Assembly (NCBI GenBank): GCA_017645275.1
Contig: JAGCPH010000037.1
Location: forward strand, 29,783-93,782
DNA from: Bacteroidales bacterium
Lineage (GTDB): Bacteria; Bacteroidota; Bacteroidia; Bacteroidales; F082
DNA: 64,000 nt
Reading direction: 5' to 3'
Part shown: positions 32,843 to 42,865 of the stretch, piece after piece
Numbering within the stretch: position 1 is the stretch's first letter
How the letters are laid out: every line of letters begins with the position of its first letter
Made by a program: the position numbers and the translations under genes
The notes under the pieces: generated by a model
The model's input: the letters and a program-made list of their open reading frames with translations, nothing else
Database searches by the model: none
What the model was told of the DNA's origin: nothing

Positions 32843-35800
32843 ATGATACTCTTTTTCGAGACCCTTCAGAAAAACATCATCGCTGTGGAAAGCGCTGATA
32901 ATCATTCAGAAAACGATATTAAAAAGTTCGCTTGGCTCTTCGGCGACGCCAAACAAATCAAAGCGGATTCGGTGAAAGGAACCTTCTTCGGACCGCGCCG
33001 CGAGATGATAACACCTTGGAGCACCAACGCCGTCGAAATAACTCAAAACATGGGCATTCGCGGCGTTTCTCGTATCGAGGAATTCCATCCCGTCGAGGAA
33101 AACGACAACAGCTTCGACCCGATGCTGCAAAACAAATACCACGACCTCGACCAAAACGTGTTTTTTGTGGACCGCAAGCCTGAGCCGCTGAAATATATCA
33201 CCGACATCGAAGCTTACAACAACGAGGAAGGTCTCGCCCTCAGCCCTGAAGAGGTTGAGTATCTGAAAGGCATAAGCAAGAAGATTGGCCGCGGCCTCAC
33301 CGACAGCGAGGTGTACGGCTTCGCACAGGTAAACTCGGAGCACTGCCGCCACAAGATTTTCAACGGCACCTTCATCATCGATGGCAAAGAGATGCCCGAC
33401 ACACTCTTCGCGCTCATCAAGAAGACCTCGAAAACCAACACCAACCGCCTGGTCTCGGCTTACAAAGACAACGTCGCCTTCATCCTCGGACCGAAGGTCG
33501 AACAGTTCGCGCCAGCCACCCAGCACAAGGCTGACTTCTTCAAAATCAAAGACATAGACACCGTCATCTCTGTCAAGGCAGAGACTCATAACTTCCCGAC
33601 CACTGTGGAGCCGTTCAACGGCGCCGCTACAGGCACCGGCGGTGAGATCCGTGATCGTCTGGCCGGCGGCAGAGGCTCCATCCCGTTGGCAGGAACAGCC
33701 GTCTACATGACGCCATATCCTCGCAACAACGAAGACTCGAAATGGGAAGACAACTTCAAGGCACGTCCGTGGCTCTATCAGACCCCTGAAGAACTGCTCA
33801 TCAAGGCCTCGAACGGTGCCTCTGACTTCGGAAACAAGTTCGGACAGCCGCTCATCAACGGCTCGCTCCTCACCTTCGAACATACTGAAGGCGCTGACAA
33901 AGGCGAAGACTTCGGCTACGACAAGGTCATCATGCTTGCTGGAGGCATCGGATTCGCTCCTGCTGACGACAGCATGAAGGAAGACCCTGAGCCAGGTGAC
34001 CTCATCATAGTGCTTGGCGGCGACAACTACCGCATCGGAATGGGCGGCGCCGCGGTGTCGAGCGTCGGAACAGGCCAATACTCCAACGCCATCGAGCTCA
34101 ACGCCGTGCAACGTGCCAACCCGGAGATGCAGAAACGTGTTGCCAACGTCATCCGCGCCATGGTGGAGAACGACAGCAACCCGGTGCGCTCAATCCACGA
34201 CCACGGTGCAGGCGGTCACCTCAACTGCCTCTCTGAACTCATCGACAAGAGCGGCGGTACAGTGTATGTCGACAACCTTCCGGTCGGCGACCCTACACTT
34301 TCCGACAAGGAGATTATCGGAAACGAGTCGCAGGAACGCATGGGACTCCTTGTTAATAAACAAGATACCGAGATTATCCGCCAGACAGCCGAACGCGAGC
34401 GCGCACCTTATTATATGGTAGGCGAGTCGACCGACGACCAGCGTCTGCGCTTCGTCCGCAAAAACGGCGTCAACCCGATTGATTTGAGTTTGTCAGACTT
34501 CTTCGGAAGCGCTCCAAAGACCGTTTTGACAGACAAGACAAAGGATTATCATTTCCAAGATATTGATTATAAACAAGATAAGTTTGAGGATTACCTCAAG
34601 AGCGTGCTTCAGCTCGAAGGCGTGGCATGTAAAGACTGGCTCACCAACAAGGTGGACCGCTCCGTGACAGGCCGTGTGGCGTTGCAGCAATGCGCCGGCG
34701 CCATCCAGCTGCCTCTCACCGACCTCGGCATCATGGCACTTGACTATCAAGGCGTCAGAGGCATCGGAACAGCCCTCGGACATGCCCCGGCAGCCGCTTT
34801 GATAAGCCCTGAGGCAGGCTCGAGACTGTCAGTAGCCGAGTCACTCACCAACCTCGTTTGGGCCCCTATCGAGGAGAACCTCAAAGGTGTTTCATTGAGC
34901 GCCAACTGGATGTGGCCAGCCAAGAACGAAGGCGAGAACGCACGACTCTACCGCGCAGTTAAGGCATTGAGCGACTTCGTGTTAGCACTCGGCATCAACG
35001 TGCCGACAGGCAAAGACAGCCTCTCAATGACACAGAAATACAAGAACGGACAGAAGGTGTTAGCTCCTGGCACCGTCATCGTGACAGCAGCCGGTGAGGT
35101 GAAAGACATCAGAAAGGCCGTCAAGCCAGTGATTGTCAACGACAAAGACTCTGAAATCGTCTATATCGACTTCTCGAAAGACGGCTTCAACCTCGGTGGC
35201 AGCAGCTTCGCACAGATTTTGAGCAAGATTGGCCAGAAGACTCCAGATGTCGCTGACACTGAATACTTTAAGAAATGCTTCAACACCTTGCAGAAGCTCA
35301 TCGAGCAAGGTCTCGTGATGGCAGGTCACGACGTGTCGGCAGGCGGCTTGATCACCACCTTATTAGAGATGTGCTTCGCCAACGTGGAAGGCGGCATGGA
35401 CATCGACCTCAGCGCGTTTGCAAAGAACGACCTCATCAGCGTGGCATTCAGCGAGCAGCCAGGTGTGGTGATTCAGGTTAAAGACAAGAAAGTCAAAGAG
35501 TTACTCGACAAAGAAGGCATCAAATATGCTGTCATCGGCAAGGTTTCAGATAAGAGAGCCGTTGCTTTGAAGAAAGGCGGTGAGTCTTACACCTTGGATA
35601 TCAACGCATTACGCGACCTTTGGTACAAGAGCTCATATCTCCTCGACCGCCGTCAGAGTGGCGAAGCGAAGGCTTTGGAGCGTTATCAAAACTATAAGAA
35701 TCAGGCACTTAGCTATGACTTCGGCAGCTTCACCGGCAAGGCTAAAGACCTGGGCATCGACATGCACCGTCGCACTCCTTCGGGCGTGAAGGCCGCCATC

Positions 35801-36538
35801 ATCCGTGAGAAAGGCTGCCAATGCGACCGCGAGATGGCTTACGCGCTCTACACTGCCGGATTCGATGTCAAGGATGTACACATGACCGACCTCGTGAGCG
35901 GACGTGAAGGCCTCAGCGACGTGAATATGATAGTGTTTGTTGGCGGCTTCAGCAACTCCGACGTTCTCGGTTCGGCAAAAGGATGGGCGGGAGCGTTCCT
36001 CTACAACGAGAAGGCACGCACTGCTCTCGAGAACTTCTACAAACGTCCCGACACCATGAGTCTCGGCGTGTGCAACGGCTGCCAGCTCATGACGGAACTC
36101 GACCTCATCTACCCTGACCACGACAAGCATCCGCGCATGATACACAACGACTCACACAAGTTCGAGTCGGGATTTGTGAACGTGAACATCGAGGACAGCA
36201 ACAGCATCATGCTCTCGACATTGAAAGGACGTCGTCTTGGCGTGTGGATCGCACACGGCGAGGGCAAGTTCAACTTCCCTTACGGCAAGGAGAAATACAA
36301 CATCGCGTTGACCTACAGCTACGACGGATATCCGGCAAATCCTAACGGTTCACCGTGGTCGGCAGCGGCCATCACCTCTGCCGACGGTCGTCATCTCGCG
36401 ATGATGCCGCACCTCGAGAGAGCATTCTTCCCATGGCAGTGGGCATTCTATCCGCAAAACCGCAAAGATGATGAAGTGGCACCATGGATTGAGGCGTTTG
36501 TGAATGAGTTGAATTGGATTAAGAAAAATAAGAAATAA
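32843..36538 (+). CDS. purL: phosphoribosylformylglycinamidine synthase (single-chain large PurL)
   Basis: ~1230 aa. Motifs SEHCRHKIF and ETHNFPTTVEPFNGAATGTGGEIRD. C-terminal amidotransferase LGVCNGCQLM...HGEG. Start set at MILFFETL. Confidence 0.95.
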   Translation: MILFFETLQKNIIAVESADNHSENDIKKFAWLFGDAKQIKADSVKGTFFGPRREMITPWSTNAVEITQNMGIRGVSRIEEFHPVEENDNSFDPMLQNKYHDLDQNVFFVDRKPEPLKYITDIEAYNNEEGLALSPEEVEYLKGISKKIGRGLTDSEVYGFAQVNSEHCRHKIFNGTFIIDGKEMPDTLFALIKKTSKTNTNRLVSAYKDNVAFILGPKVEQFAPATQHKADFFKIKDIDTVISVKAETHNFPTTVEPFNGAATGTGGEIRDRLAGGRGSIPLAGTAVYMTPYPRNNEDSKWEDNFKARPWLYQTPEELLIKASNGASDFGNKFGQPLINGSLLTFEHTEGADKGEDFGYDKVIMLAGGIGFAPADDSMKEDPEPGDLIIVLGGDNYRIGMGGAAVSSVGTGQYSNAIELNAVQRANPEMQKRVANVIRAMVENDSNPVRSIHDHGAGGHLNCLSELIDKSGGTVYVDNLPVGDPTLSDKEIIGNESQERMGLLVNKQDTEIIRQTAERERAPYYMVGESTDDQRLRFVRKNGVNPIDLSLSDFFGSAPKTVLTDKTKDYHFQDIDYKQDKFEDYLKSVLQLEGVACKDWLTNKVDRSVTGRVALQQCAGAIQLPLTDLGIMALDYQGVRGIGTALGHAPAAALISPEAGSRLSVAESLTNLVWAPIEENLKGVSLSANWMWPAKNEGENARLYRAVKALSDFVLALGINVPTGKDSLSMTQKYKNGQKVLAPGTVIVTAAGEVKDIRKAVKPVIVNDKDSEIVYIDFSKDGFNLGGSSFAQILSKIGQKTPDVADTEYFKKCFNTLQKLIEQGLVMAGHDVSAGGLITTLLEMCFANVEGGMDIDLSAFAKNDLISVAFSEQPGVVIQVKDKKVKELLDKEGIKYAVIGKVSDKRAVALKKGGESYTLDINALRDLWYKSSYLLDRRQSGEAKALERYQNYKNQALSYDFGSFTGKAKDLGIDMHRRTPSGVKAAIIREKGCQCDREMAYALYTAGFDVKDVHMTDLVSGREGLSDVNMIVFVGGFSNSDVLGSAKGWAGAFLYNEKARTALENFYKRPDTMSLGVCNGCQLMTELDLIYPDHDKHPRMIHNDSHKFESGFVNVNIEDSNSIMLSTLKGRRLGVWIAHGEGKFNFPYGKEKYNIALTYSYDGYPANPNGSPWSAAAITSADGRHLAMMPHLERAFFPWQWAFYPQNRKDDEVAPWIEAFVNELNWIKKNKK

Positions 36539-36543
36539 CAATG

Positions 36544-36573
36544 AAAAAGGTGGTTTCAAAACCACCTTTTTTT
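36544..36573. terminator. bidirectional terminator between convergent purL and holA
   Basis: aaaaaggtggtttcaaaaccaccttttttt. Confidence 0.75.
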
Positions 36574-37573
36574 ATCTCATCAGCTTGTAAATCATCTCCC
36601 GATACAAGTCTTTCTGGCTCACGTCGCTGCTGGTGTTGTAACCTTTTGATTTTAAATCAAATTCACGCAAAACGGCGATATTATCGACACATTTTTTGAT
36701 GTTGTAGCGGCGGGCGGCCTCGAAGTAGTCTTCGACGAAGAATGGGCTTACGCCGAGGACGCTGGCGACGTTGTTTTTGCTCTTGTCGGTGGCGTAATGC
36801 AGCTTCAGAAGCTTGCAATAATAAGCGTAAAGCATTATCACTGTGGCGATTAGCGGGTTATCCTTCGTGTTGTCGCCGAAATAATTGATGATTTGCACCG
36901 CCTTCGGGAAGTCGCCGTAGCTGATGGCCTTCTGAAGCTCGAAGATGTTAAAATCCTTGGAGATTCCGATGTTATATTCGACATCAAAGTCAGTGATTTC
37001 CTTAGTGTTAGGCACCGCAACCATCAGCTTGTCAAGCTCGTTGCGCACCTTTTGCAGGTCGGTTCCAAGGTAATCGGCCAACATTTGGCACGCTTTTTGC
37101 TGTATTTTGTATTTGTGATTGCCAAGATAATTGACGATCCACTTCGGTATGTCCCTGTCGTAAAGTTTCTTCGACTCGAACAGAACATAGTCTTTGTCCA
37201 GTGTTTTCGCGAACTTCAGACGTTTGTCGAGCTTCTTGTATTTGTAATTCAGGACGAGGATGGTCGTCTCGGGAATCATCTCCAGGAACGGCTCCATCGA
37301 CTCGATATTTTTCACATCTTGAGCTTCTTTCACGATGATTACCAAGTAGTTACCCATCATCGGGAAGTTACGTGCCTGCGTCACGATGTCATGCACGTTG
37401 ACGTCTTTTCCGTAAAGGATGATCTGGTTGAAAGCCTTGTCGGCCTCATCCAGCACGGTGCTCTCGATAGCGTCGCTGATGGAATCGATGAAATACGGTT
37501 CCTCGCCCATCAGGAAATACACCGGATGGTAAATCTTGTTTTTTATATCGGAAAGAATCTGCTCGTAAGTCAT
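36572..37573 (-). CDS. holA: DNA polymerase III subunit delta
   Basis: 333 aa. Starts MTYEQILSDIKNKIYHPVYFLMGEEPYFID. Confidence 0.85.
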   Translation of the reverse strand: MTYEQILSDIKNKIYHPVYFLMGEEPYFIDSISDAIESTVLDEADKAFNQIILYGKDVNVHDIVTQARNFPMMGNYLVIIVKEAQDVKNIESMEPFLEMIPETTILVLNYKYKKLDKRLKFAKTLDKDYVLFESKKLYDRDIPKWIVNYLGNHKYKIQQKACQMLADYLGTDLQKVRNELDKLMVAVPNTKEITDFDVEYNIGISKDFNIFELQKAISYGDFPKAVQIINYFGDNTKDNPLIATVIMLYAYYCKLLKLHYATDKSKNNVASVLGVSPFFVEDYFEAARRYNIKKCVDNIAVLREFDLKSKGYNTSSDVSQKDLYREMIYKLMR

Positions 37574-38343
37574 CAGAACTTCAAGTGTTTGACAGTCAAT
37601 CTGTTATCAATAATCTGACGAAGAGCGTCGATGCCTATTTTGATATGCTCGTCGACGAACATGCTACTCACTTTTTTGTCGCTTTCCTCTGTTTTGACGC
37701 CTTCCGGTGTCATCGGCTGGTCGGAGATGAGCAGCAGTGCGCCTGTCGGAATCTCGTTGGCGAAGCCGGCGGAGAAGATTGTCGCAGTCTCCATATCCAC
37801 TGCCATACAGCGGATCTGGCGGAGGTAATCCTTGAAGTTGTCGTCATGTTCCCACACGCGGCGGTTGGTGGTGTATACGGTGCCAGTCCAGTAGTCGTGG
37901 CCGTGGTCGCGGATGGTTGTCGAGATAGCTTTTTGCAGCGAGAAGGCTGGCAGTGCAGGCACCTCAGGCGGCATGTAGTCGTTCGACGTACCTTCGCCAC
38001 GGATGGCAGCGATAGGCAACATGAAGTCGCCGACCTGGTATTTAGGTCGCAGGCCACCGCATTTGCCCAGGAAAAGCACGGCTTTCGGATGGATGCAGCT
38101 CAGCAGGTCCATTACAGTTGCGGCGTTGGCGCTACCCATTCCAAAGTTGATCATGGTGATGTCGCCCGCCGTGGCGCACGGCATAGAGCGGTCGCGGCTC
38201 ACTATCGGCGATTGGCTGAAAAACGAAAACAGCTCCAGATAATGCGAGAAATTGGTCAAAAGAATGTATTTTCCAAACTTGTCGATGCTCTGTCCCGTGT
38301 AGCGCGGCAGCCAGTTTTCCGTGATTTCCTGTTTTGTCTTCAT
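37573..38343 (-). CDS. amn: AMP nucleosidase (short Bacteroidota form, PNP_UDP_1 fold)
   Basis: MKTKQEITENWLPRYTGQSIDKFGKYILLTNFSHY...GMGSANAATVMDLL...MAVDMETATIF. Confidence 0.8.
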   Translation of the reverse strand: MKTKQEITENWLPRYTGQSIDKFGKYILLTNFSHYLELFSFFSQSPIVSRDRSMPCATAGDITMINFGMGSANAATVMDLLSCIHPKAVLFLGKCGGLRPKYQVGDFMLPIAAIRGEGTSNDYMPPEVPALPAFSLQKAISTTIRDHGHDYWTGTVYTTNRRVWEHDDNFKDYLRQIRCMAVDMETATIFSAGFANEIPTGALLLISDQPMTPEGVKTEESDKKVSSMFVDEHIKIGIDALRQIIDNRLTVKHLKF

Positions 38344-38357
38344 GATACAATTTTTTG

Positions 38358-38365
38358 CAAAGATA
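38358..38365 (-). promoter_or_regulatory. -7 box TAtcTTTG (minus strand)
   Basis: Forward caaagata, 15 nt upstream of the amn ATG. Confidence 0.45.
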
Positions 38366-38373
38366 TGAAAAAA

Positions 38374-38407
38374 CTCTCACAGATTACACAGATTGCCACA
38401 GATTTTT
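38374..38407 (+). repeat. family C CACAGAT repeat
   Basis: ctctcacagattacacagattgccacagatttttt. Confidence 0.75.
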
Positions 38408-38458
38408 TATTCTTCTTTTTTTTCACATCTAAAAACTCGAAATACACGAAATTTTTCT

Positions 38459-38573
38459 CCGTCATTTCGACTGAAGCGGAGCGGAATAGAGAAATCTCCG
38501 CCCTCTGAATTGTTCCGAAACATTCAAATGCCGGTGATTTCTCGACTACACTTCGTTGCGCTCGAAATGACGG
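38459..38573. repeat. two family A elements in inverted orientation (composite ~115-nt palindrome)
   Basis: ccgtcatttcgactgaagcggagcggaatagagaaatctccgccc, a 27-nt spacer, then ccggtgatttctcgactacacttcgttgcgctcgaaatgacgg. Confidence 0.8.
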
Positions 38574-38595
38574 AGTAACGTATCGTATTTTTTAT

Positions 38596-38603
38596 TATTT
38601 TTG
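38596..38603 (+). promoter_or_regulatory. -7 box TAttTTTG (plus strand)
   Basis: tatttttg, 16 nt upstream of the ATG at 38619. Confidence 0.5.
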
Positions 38604-38618
38604 CAAAAATTTTTGGAA

Positions 38619-39395
38619 ATGGCATTTTTAACAGAAGATCTAGTTTTCGGACCGATACACAGCAGAAGACTTGGCAACTCACTGGGTGTCAACCTGTTAC
38701 CAAAGATTGGAAAGATTTGCACTTTCAACTGCGTTTATTGCGAATGCGGCTGGAATCCGGAGAAAAGAGACGGGCACGCCAAGTTGCCGACACCTCGCGA
38801 ATACGAGCAAACACTGGAGGATGCGCTGAAAAATCTCGTCGGGACACCCAAAGAACCCGACAGCATCACATTTTCAGGCAACGGAGAGCCGACATTGCAT
38901 CCTGATTTCCCGGAAATCATCGACATAACTGTAAGATTGCGAGACAAATACGTGCCAAAAGCCGTCATCAGCGTGCTGACAAACGGCACCAGGATTCACG
39001 ACGAGAAGGTCTTCAAGGCATTGCAAAAAATCGACAACAACATCTGCAAGCTCGACGGCGGAACGCTCGATATTATTAATAAGGTAAACCTCCCGAATGT
39101 GAAAATCGACCTAGAGCAATACATCAAAGATCTGCAACGCTTTGAGGGTCAGGTGATTATACAGACATTGTTCCTTCGCGGCGAGCATAACGGCGTGAGA
39201 TTTGACAACACCACCGACAAGGAGATCAATCTCTGGCTTGAGCATTTAAAAAAGATAAAACCAAGAAAAACAATGATTTACGTCATCGACAGAGAGACAC
39301 CGGAGAAGAATCTAGAGAAGCTTTCGACGGATGAGATGGCGAAGATTGCCGAAAAAGTTAAGTCGTTGGGACTCAATGTAGAATATTATTCATAA
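38619..39395 (+). CDS. radical SAM protein
   Basis: CTFNCVYCECGW is a CxxxCxxC cluster motif. Also GEPTLHPDF. Confidence 0.8.
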   Translation: MAFLTEDLVFGPIHSRRLGNSLGVNLLPKIGKICTFNCVYCECGWNPEKRDGHAKLPTPREYEQTLEDALKNLVGTPKEPDSITFSGNGEPTLHPDFPEIIDITVRLRDKYVPKAVISVLTNGTRIHDEKVFKALQKIDNNICKLDGGTLDIINKVNLPNVKIDLEQYIKDLQRFEGQVIIQTLFLRGEHNGVRFDNTTDKEINLWLEHLKKIKPRKTMIYVIDRETPEKNLEKLSTDEMAKIAEKVKSLGLNVEYYS

Positions 39396-39434
39396 AATAT
39401 TTTTAAAATTTTTCGTTCTTATTAAAAAAATTGC

Positions 39435-39442
39435 TAAATTTG
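39435..39442 (+). promoter_or_regulatory. -7 box TAaaTTTG (plus strand)
   Basis: taaatttg, 33 nt upstream of the ATG at 39475. Confidence 0.5.
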
Positions 39443-39474
39443 CAACGCAAAAAATGTAAATAAAATTTAACATC

Positions 39475-40089
39475 ATGAATAATAAAAATCTGACAATCAT
39501 CAACATCGCTTTGGCTCTTATAGCTTTGTTGTTAGTTTATTTGATTTACAAAAGCATCAGCGAACCTGTAGTCTTTGAAAACATCCGTAAAGAGAGAGAA
39601 CTCGAGGTGGTTCAGAACTTGAAGGACATCAGAAGCACTCAGACTCTTTTCAAGCAGACTTACAACAGATACACCGCTGATTTCGATTCACTTATCGATT
39701 ATATCAAGACCGGTAAGCTTCCTGTGGTCAACATCGTGGCCGACCCTAACGACACAACATTTACAAAGACCATCAACGATACAGTCGGTTACATCGCCGT
39801 TGCTGACTCGCTGTTCAGAAACAGAGAGAACTTCAATGTCGAGAGTTTGCGCTACGTTCCTTATTCAGAGAACGAGAAGGTGCAGTTCGAGTTGCAGGCT
39901 GGCTACATCACACGTGGTGGTTTGAAAGTGGCTGTGTTTGAGGCTAAGACCCCTTACTGGGTATATCTTTGGGACCTCGACCCACAGAGAGTCAACAACT
40001 TGAGAGCCGAGCAGGAAGACCTCGACAAATATGCAGGTTTGAAAGTCGGTTCGATGGACGAGCCTTCGTTGAACGGTAACTGGGAATAA
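39475..40089 (+). CDS. N-terminally membrane-anchored hypothetical protein
   Basis: One TM segment (IINIALALIALLLVYLIY). No recognisable motif. Confidence 0.6.
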   Translation: MNNKNLTIINIALALIALLLVYLIYKSISEPVVFENIRKERELEVVQNLKDIRSTQTLFKQTYNRYTADFDSLIDYIKTGKLPVVNIVADPNDTTFTKTINDTVGYIAVADSLFRNRENFNVESLRYVPYSENEKVQFELQAGYITRGGLKVAVFEAKTPYWVYLWDLDPQRVNNLRAEQEDLDKYAGLKVGSMDEPSLNGNWE

Positions 40090-40090
40090 T

Positions 40091-40693
40091 ATGTCCCCAA
40101 TTGCTGAAAACCTGAACTCACACGAATTAACCATCCGAAATTATGCGGATGGTTTTTCGTATATTGTCGTCGACAGCGACAAGCACACTTTCGTGCCAGC
40201 GGCCCTTTACCAGGAAACCAAAAAGTCGAAATACCTTGATTTTCTTGGACTTAAGGAAGATAACAGCGTGGTCTGCGCCGACTATCTCGAGCCAGTCGAC
40301 ATGTATAATATTTACAACGTGTCGAAAAAAGAACACGCCAAGCTGAAAAATCTAGAAAACACAGAGTTTCGTCATGCCTCCACCCTGCTTCTGGAGGAAT
40401 TGATCAAGGAGAACCTCGAACGTATCGACGACACTAGAGTCTATCTGAATGTGAAAAACAATAGCTTCGAGATGATGATTCTGAAAGCGGCTAACTTGTT
40501 GTTTGACAACACTTTCCGTTTCAAGACAAAAGAAGATTTCCTGTATTTCGTGCTCTTCTCGATGGAGCAGCTGCATCTCGACGCGGAAATAACTCCGGTT
40601 TATTTCATGGGCATGATTGAGAAAGACTCACAGGTGGTGGAGCTCATTACCAGATACATACGCGACGTGCGCTTTAAAACTGAAAGAATATGA
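40091..40693 (+). CDS. DUF3822-like protein
   Basis: HELTIRNYADGFSYIVVD start and a position just upstream of rsmD, as I recall for this family. Confidence 0.5.
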   Translation: MSPIAENLNSHELTIRNYADGFSYIVVDSDKHTFVPAALYQETKKSKYLDFLGLKEDNSVVCADYLEPVDMYNIYNVSKKEHAKLKNLENTEFRHASTLLLEELIKENLERIDDTRVYLNVKNNSFEMMILKAANLLFDNTFRFKTKEDFLYFVLFSMEQLHLDAEITPVYFMGMIEKDSQVVELITRYIRDVRFKTERI

Positions 40694-41241
40694 GAATCAT
40701 CAGAGGACGACATCAGAGACGGCAGATTATAGCGCCAGACAACCTTCCGACGCGCCCCACGACCGACATGGCCAAGGAAAGTCTGTTCAACATCCTTGAA
40801 AATCAGATAGATCTGGAGGAGACCACGGCACTCGACCTCTTTGCCGGGACAGGGAACATCTCGTATGAGCTCGTCTCGCGAGGATGCCCTCATGTGACCG
40901 CCGTCGACGAAAACAACAACTGTGTAAGATTCATCCGCGAGACAGCTAACAAGCTGAATATGAACGAGTTATCGGTGGTAAAATCAGATGTCTTCAGGTT
41001 TTTGCCTATGCATAAGGCCAAATACGACCTCATTTTTGCTGACCCGCCGTACGACTGCCAGCATTATGACGTGCTCGTGAACCTAATTTTTGAAAATGAG
41101 TTGCTCAACGAAGACGGGATTTTCGTCCTTGAACACGACAGAACCGTTGATTTCAGCGAGCATCCGCATTATTACGACCATAGAAAATACGGAAAAGTGA
41201 ATTTCACTTTCTTTTCAGATAAAATAACAACCGAAAAATAA
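40690..41241 (+). CDS. rsmD: 16S rRNA (guanine966-N2)-methyltransferase
   Basis: MRIIRGRHQRRQIIAPDNLPTRPTTDMAKESLFNIL, DLFAGTGN, FADPPY. Confidence 0.9.
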   Translation: MRIIRGRHQRRQIIAPDNLPTRPTTDMAKESLFNILENQIDLEETTALDLFAGTGNISYELVSRGCPHVTAVDENNNCVRFIRETANKLNMNELSVVKSDVFRFLPMHKAKYDLIFADPPYDCQHYDVLVNLIFENELLNEDGIFVLEHDRTVDFSEHPHYYDHRKYGKVNFTFFSDKITTEK

Positions 41242-41246
41242 AAACT

Positions 41247-42836
41247 ATGAAAAAACTTAACCTATTGATTGTGTTGCTTTTAGCAACAATGACATTAAGC
41301 TTGAACGCTCAGGTCAATATTGACGAATATGAATTTGAGGGCGCGAACTGCACCAGCATCATGGTGGGCAAGAAAGCCTCTACCGACGGCTCGGTGATGA
41401 CGTCGCACACCTGCGACAGCTGGTATCGCACCTGGATGCGCTGGGAGCAGGCAGCTGACAACGAAGAAGGCGCCACTATGAAGATTTACAAAGGCACCAT
41501 GCACACTTTCAGTCCGAGAGAGACCAAGGGCTTGGAGGTAGCAGGAGAGATCCCAATGCCGAGCCACACATACGCATATCTTAACACCGCATATCCTTGT
41601 TTCAACGAGAAACAGCTGGCCATCGGCGAGACCACATTCTCTGGTCCTGACACTCTGGTGAACAGTGACGGAGTGTTCCAGATCGAGGAGCTCGAGCGCG
41701 TCGCCTTGATGAGTTGCGACAACGCCCGTGATGCCATCATGCTCATTGGCGAGCTCGTGAAAGAGTACGGCTATGGCGACGGTGGCGAGGCCATAACCAT
41801 TGCTGACACCAAAGAGGTTTGGCTCATGGAAATCATGGGTGAAGGCCCTGACAAGATCGGTGGCATCTGGGCTGCACAGAGAGTGCCTGACGGAGAGGTC
41901 AGCGTGTCGGCTAACATCCCGAGAATCAAATACTTAAATAGAAAAGACAGCAAGAACTTCCTCTGCTCAGAGAACGTGGAGGAGGTGGCAATGAAATACG
42001 GCCTCTGGGACGGCGAGGGCGACCTCGTATGGTACAAGGCATTCGGCAGCAGCTACTCCAACGGAAAGAACTTCCGCGAGCGTGAGTGGTTCATCTTCAA
42101 TGAGTTGGCACCATCGTTGAAGCTCGACAGAGACGGCGATGAGCTCCCATTCTCAGTGAAGCCAGAGAACAAAGTCGACGTGCGCGACGTGATGCGTCTG
42201 CTCCGCAGCTATTATGAGGGCACCGACATGGACATCACACGTAACCTGAAGATTGTCGACAGAAAAGGCGACACCATCGTCTCCCCTACCGCCAACCCAT
42301 GGATGGGCGGCAACGAGCAGAAGGTGTACAACATGCTGAAGCCAGGTACCATCGAATTCAAACGTGGCGTGGCAATGTCGTGGTGCTCATATTCGTTTGT
42401 GGCACAGCTCCGCGACTGGAAACCCGACGAGACCGGCGGCATCTGCTGGATCGGCGTGGAGAACCCAGGTCAGAGCCCGAGAATCCCTGTATACAGCGGC
42501 TGCACCAAGATGCCTTCATGCTTCGACAGATGCGGCCACGGCGGATTTGACGAGCAGACAGCATTGTGGCGTTACAGAAAAGCCAACAAGCTTGCTCAGG
42601 TCAACTGGGGATTATGCAAAGACGTGATGTACGGCAACATCGAGCGTTACGAGGTGAAAGCCATGGAAGAGATGCCTGAGCTCGAGAAGAAGGTCGAGAA
42701 GATGTTGAAGAAAGGCGACCGCGAAGAAGCCATCAAGCTCCTCAACCGCTACACCTCCGACTTCGAGGCAGCGACGGCAGAGACCTGGAAAGAGATGGAA
42801 CACTCATTCTGGGAGAGATTCTGGACTGGTTTTTAA
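41247..42836 (+). CDS. secreted C69 family dipeptidase
   Basis: Signal peptide followed by the catalytic N-terminal Cys context ANCTSIMVGKKASTDGSVMTSHTCD. Confidence 0.8.
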   Translation: MKKLNLLIVLLLATMTLSLNAQVNIDEYEFEGANCTSIMVGKKASTDGSVMTSHTCDSWYRTWMRWEQAADNEEGATMKIYKGTMHTFSPRETKGLEVAGEIPMPSHTYAYLNTAYPCFNEKQLAIGETTFSGPDTLVNSDGVFQIEELERVALMSCDNARDAIMLIGELVKEYGYGDGGEAITIADTKEVWLMEIMGEGPDKIGGIWAAQRVPDGEVSVSANIPRIKYLNRKDSKNFLCSENVEEVAMKYGLWDGEGDLVWYKAFGSSYSNGKNFREREWFIFNELAPSLKLDRDGDELPFSVKPENKVDVRDVMRLLRSYYEGTDMDITRNLKIVDRKGDTIVSPTANPWMGGNEQKVYNMLKPGTIEFKRGVAMSWCSYSFVAQLRDWKPDETGGICWIGVENPGQSPRIPVYSGCTKMPSCFDRCGHGGFDEQTALWRYRKANKLAQVNWGLCKDVMYGNIERYEVKAMEEMPELEKKVEKMLKKGDREEAIKLLNRYTSDFEAATAETWKEMEHSFWERFWTGF

Positions 42837-42865
42837 CTTTTTGATATGATTTGAGGCAACTTAAT

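Noticed and set aside
32906-34111. Several long antisense ORFs are present: the 401-aa one inside purL, plus similar ORFs at 56760-57989, 23618-24553, 21367-22104, 36893-37618, 37585-38508 and 18853-19500.
   Set aside because: They lie fully inside well-supported genes on the opposite strand. They have low-complexity, Arg/Val/His-rich composition typical of shadow frames, and they lack promoters.
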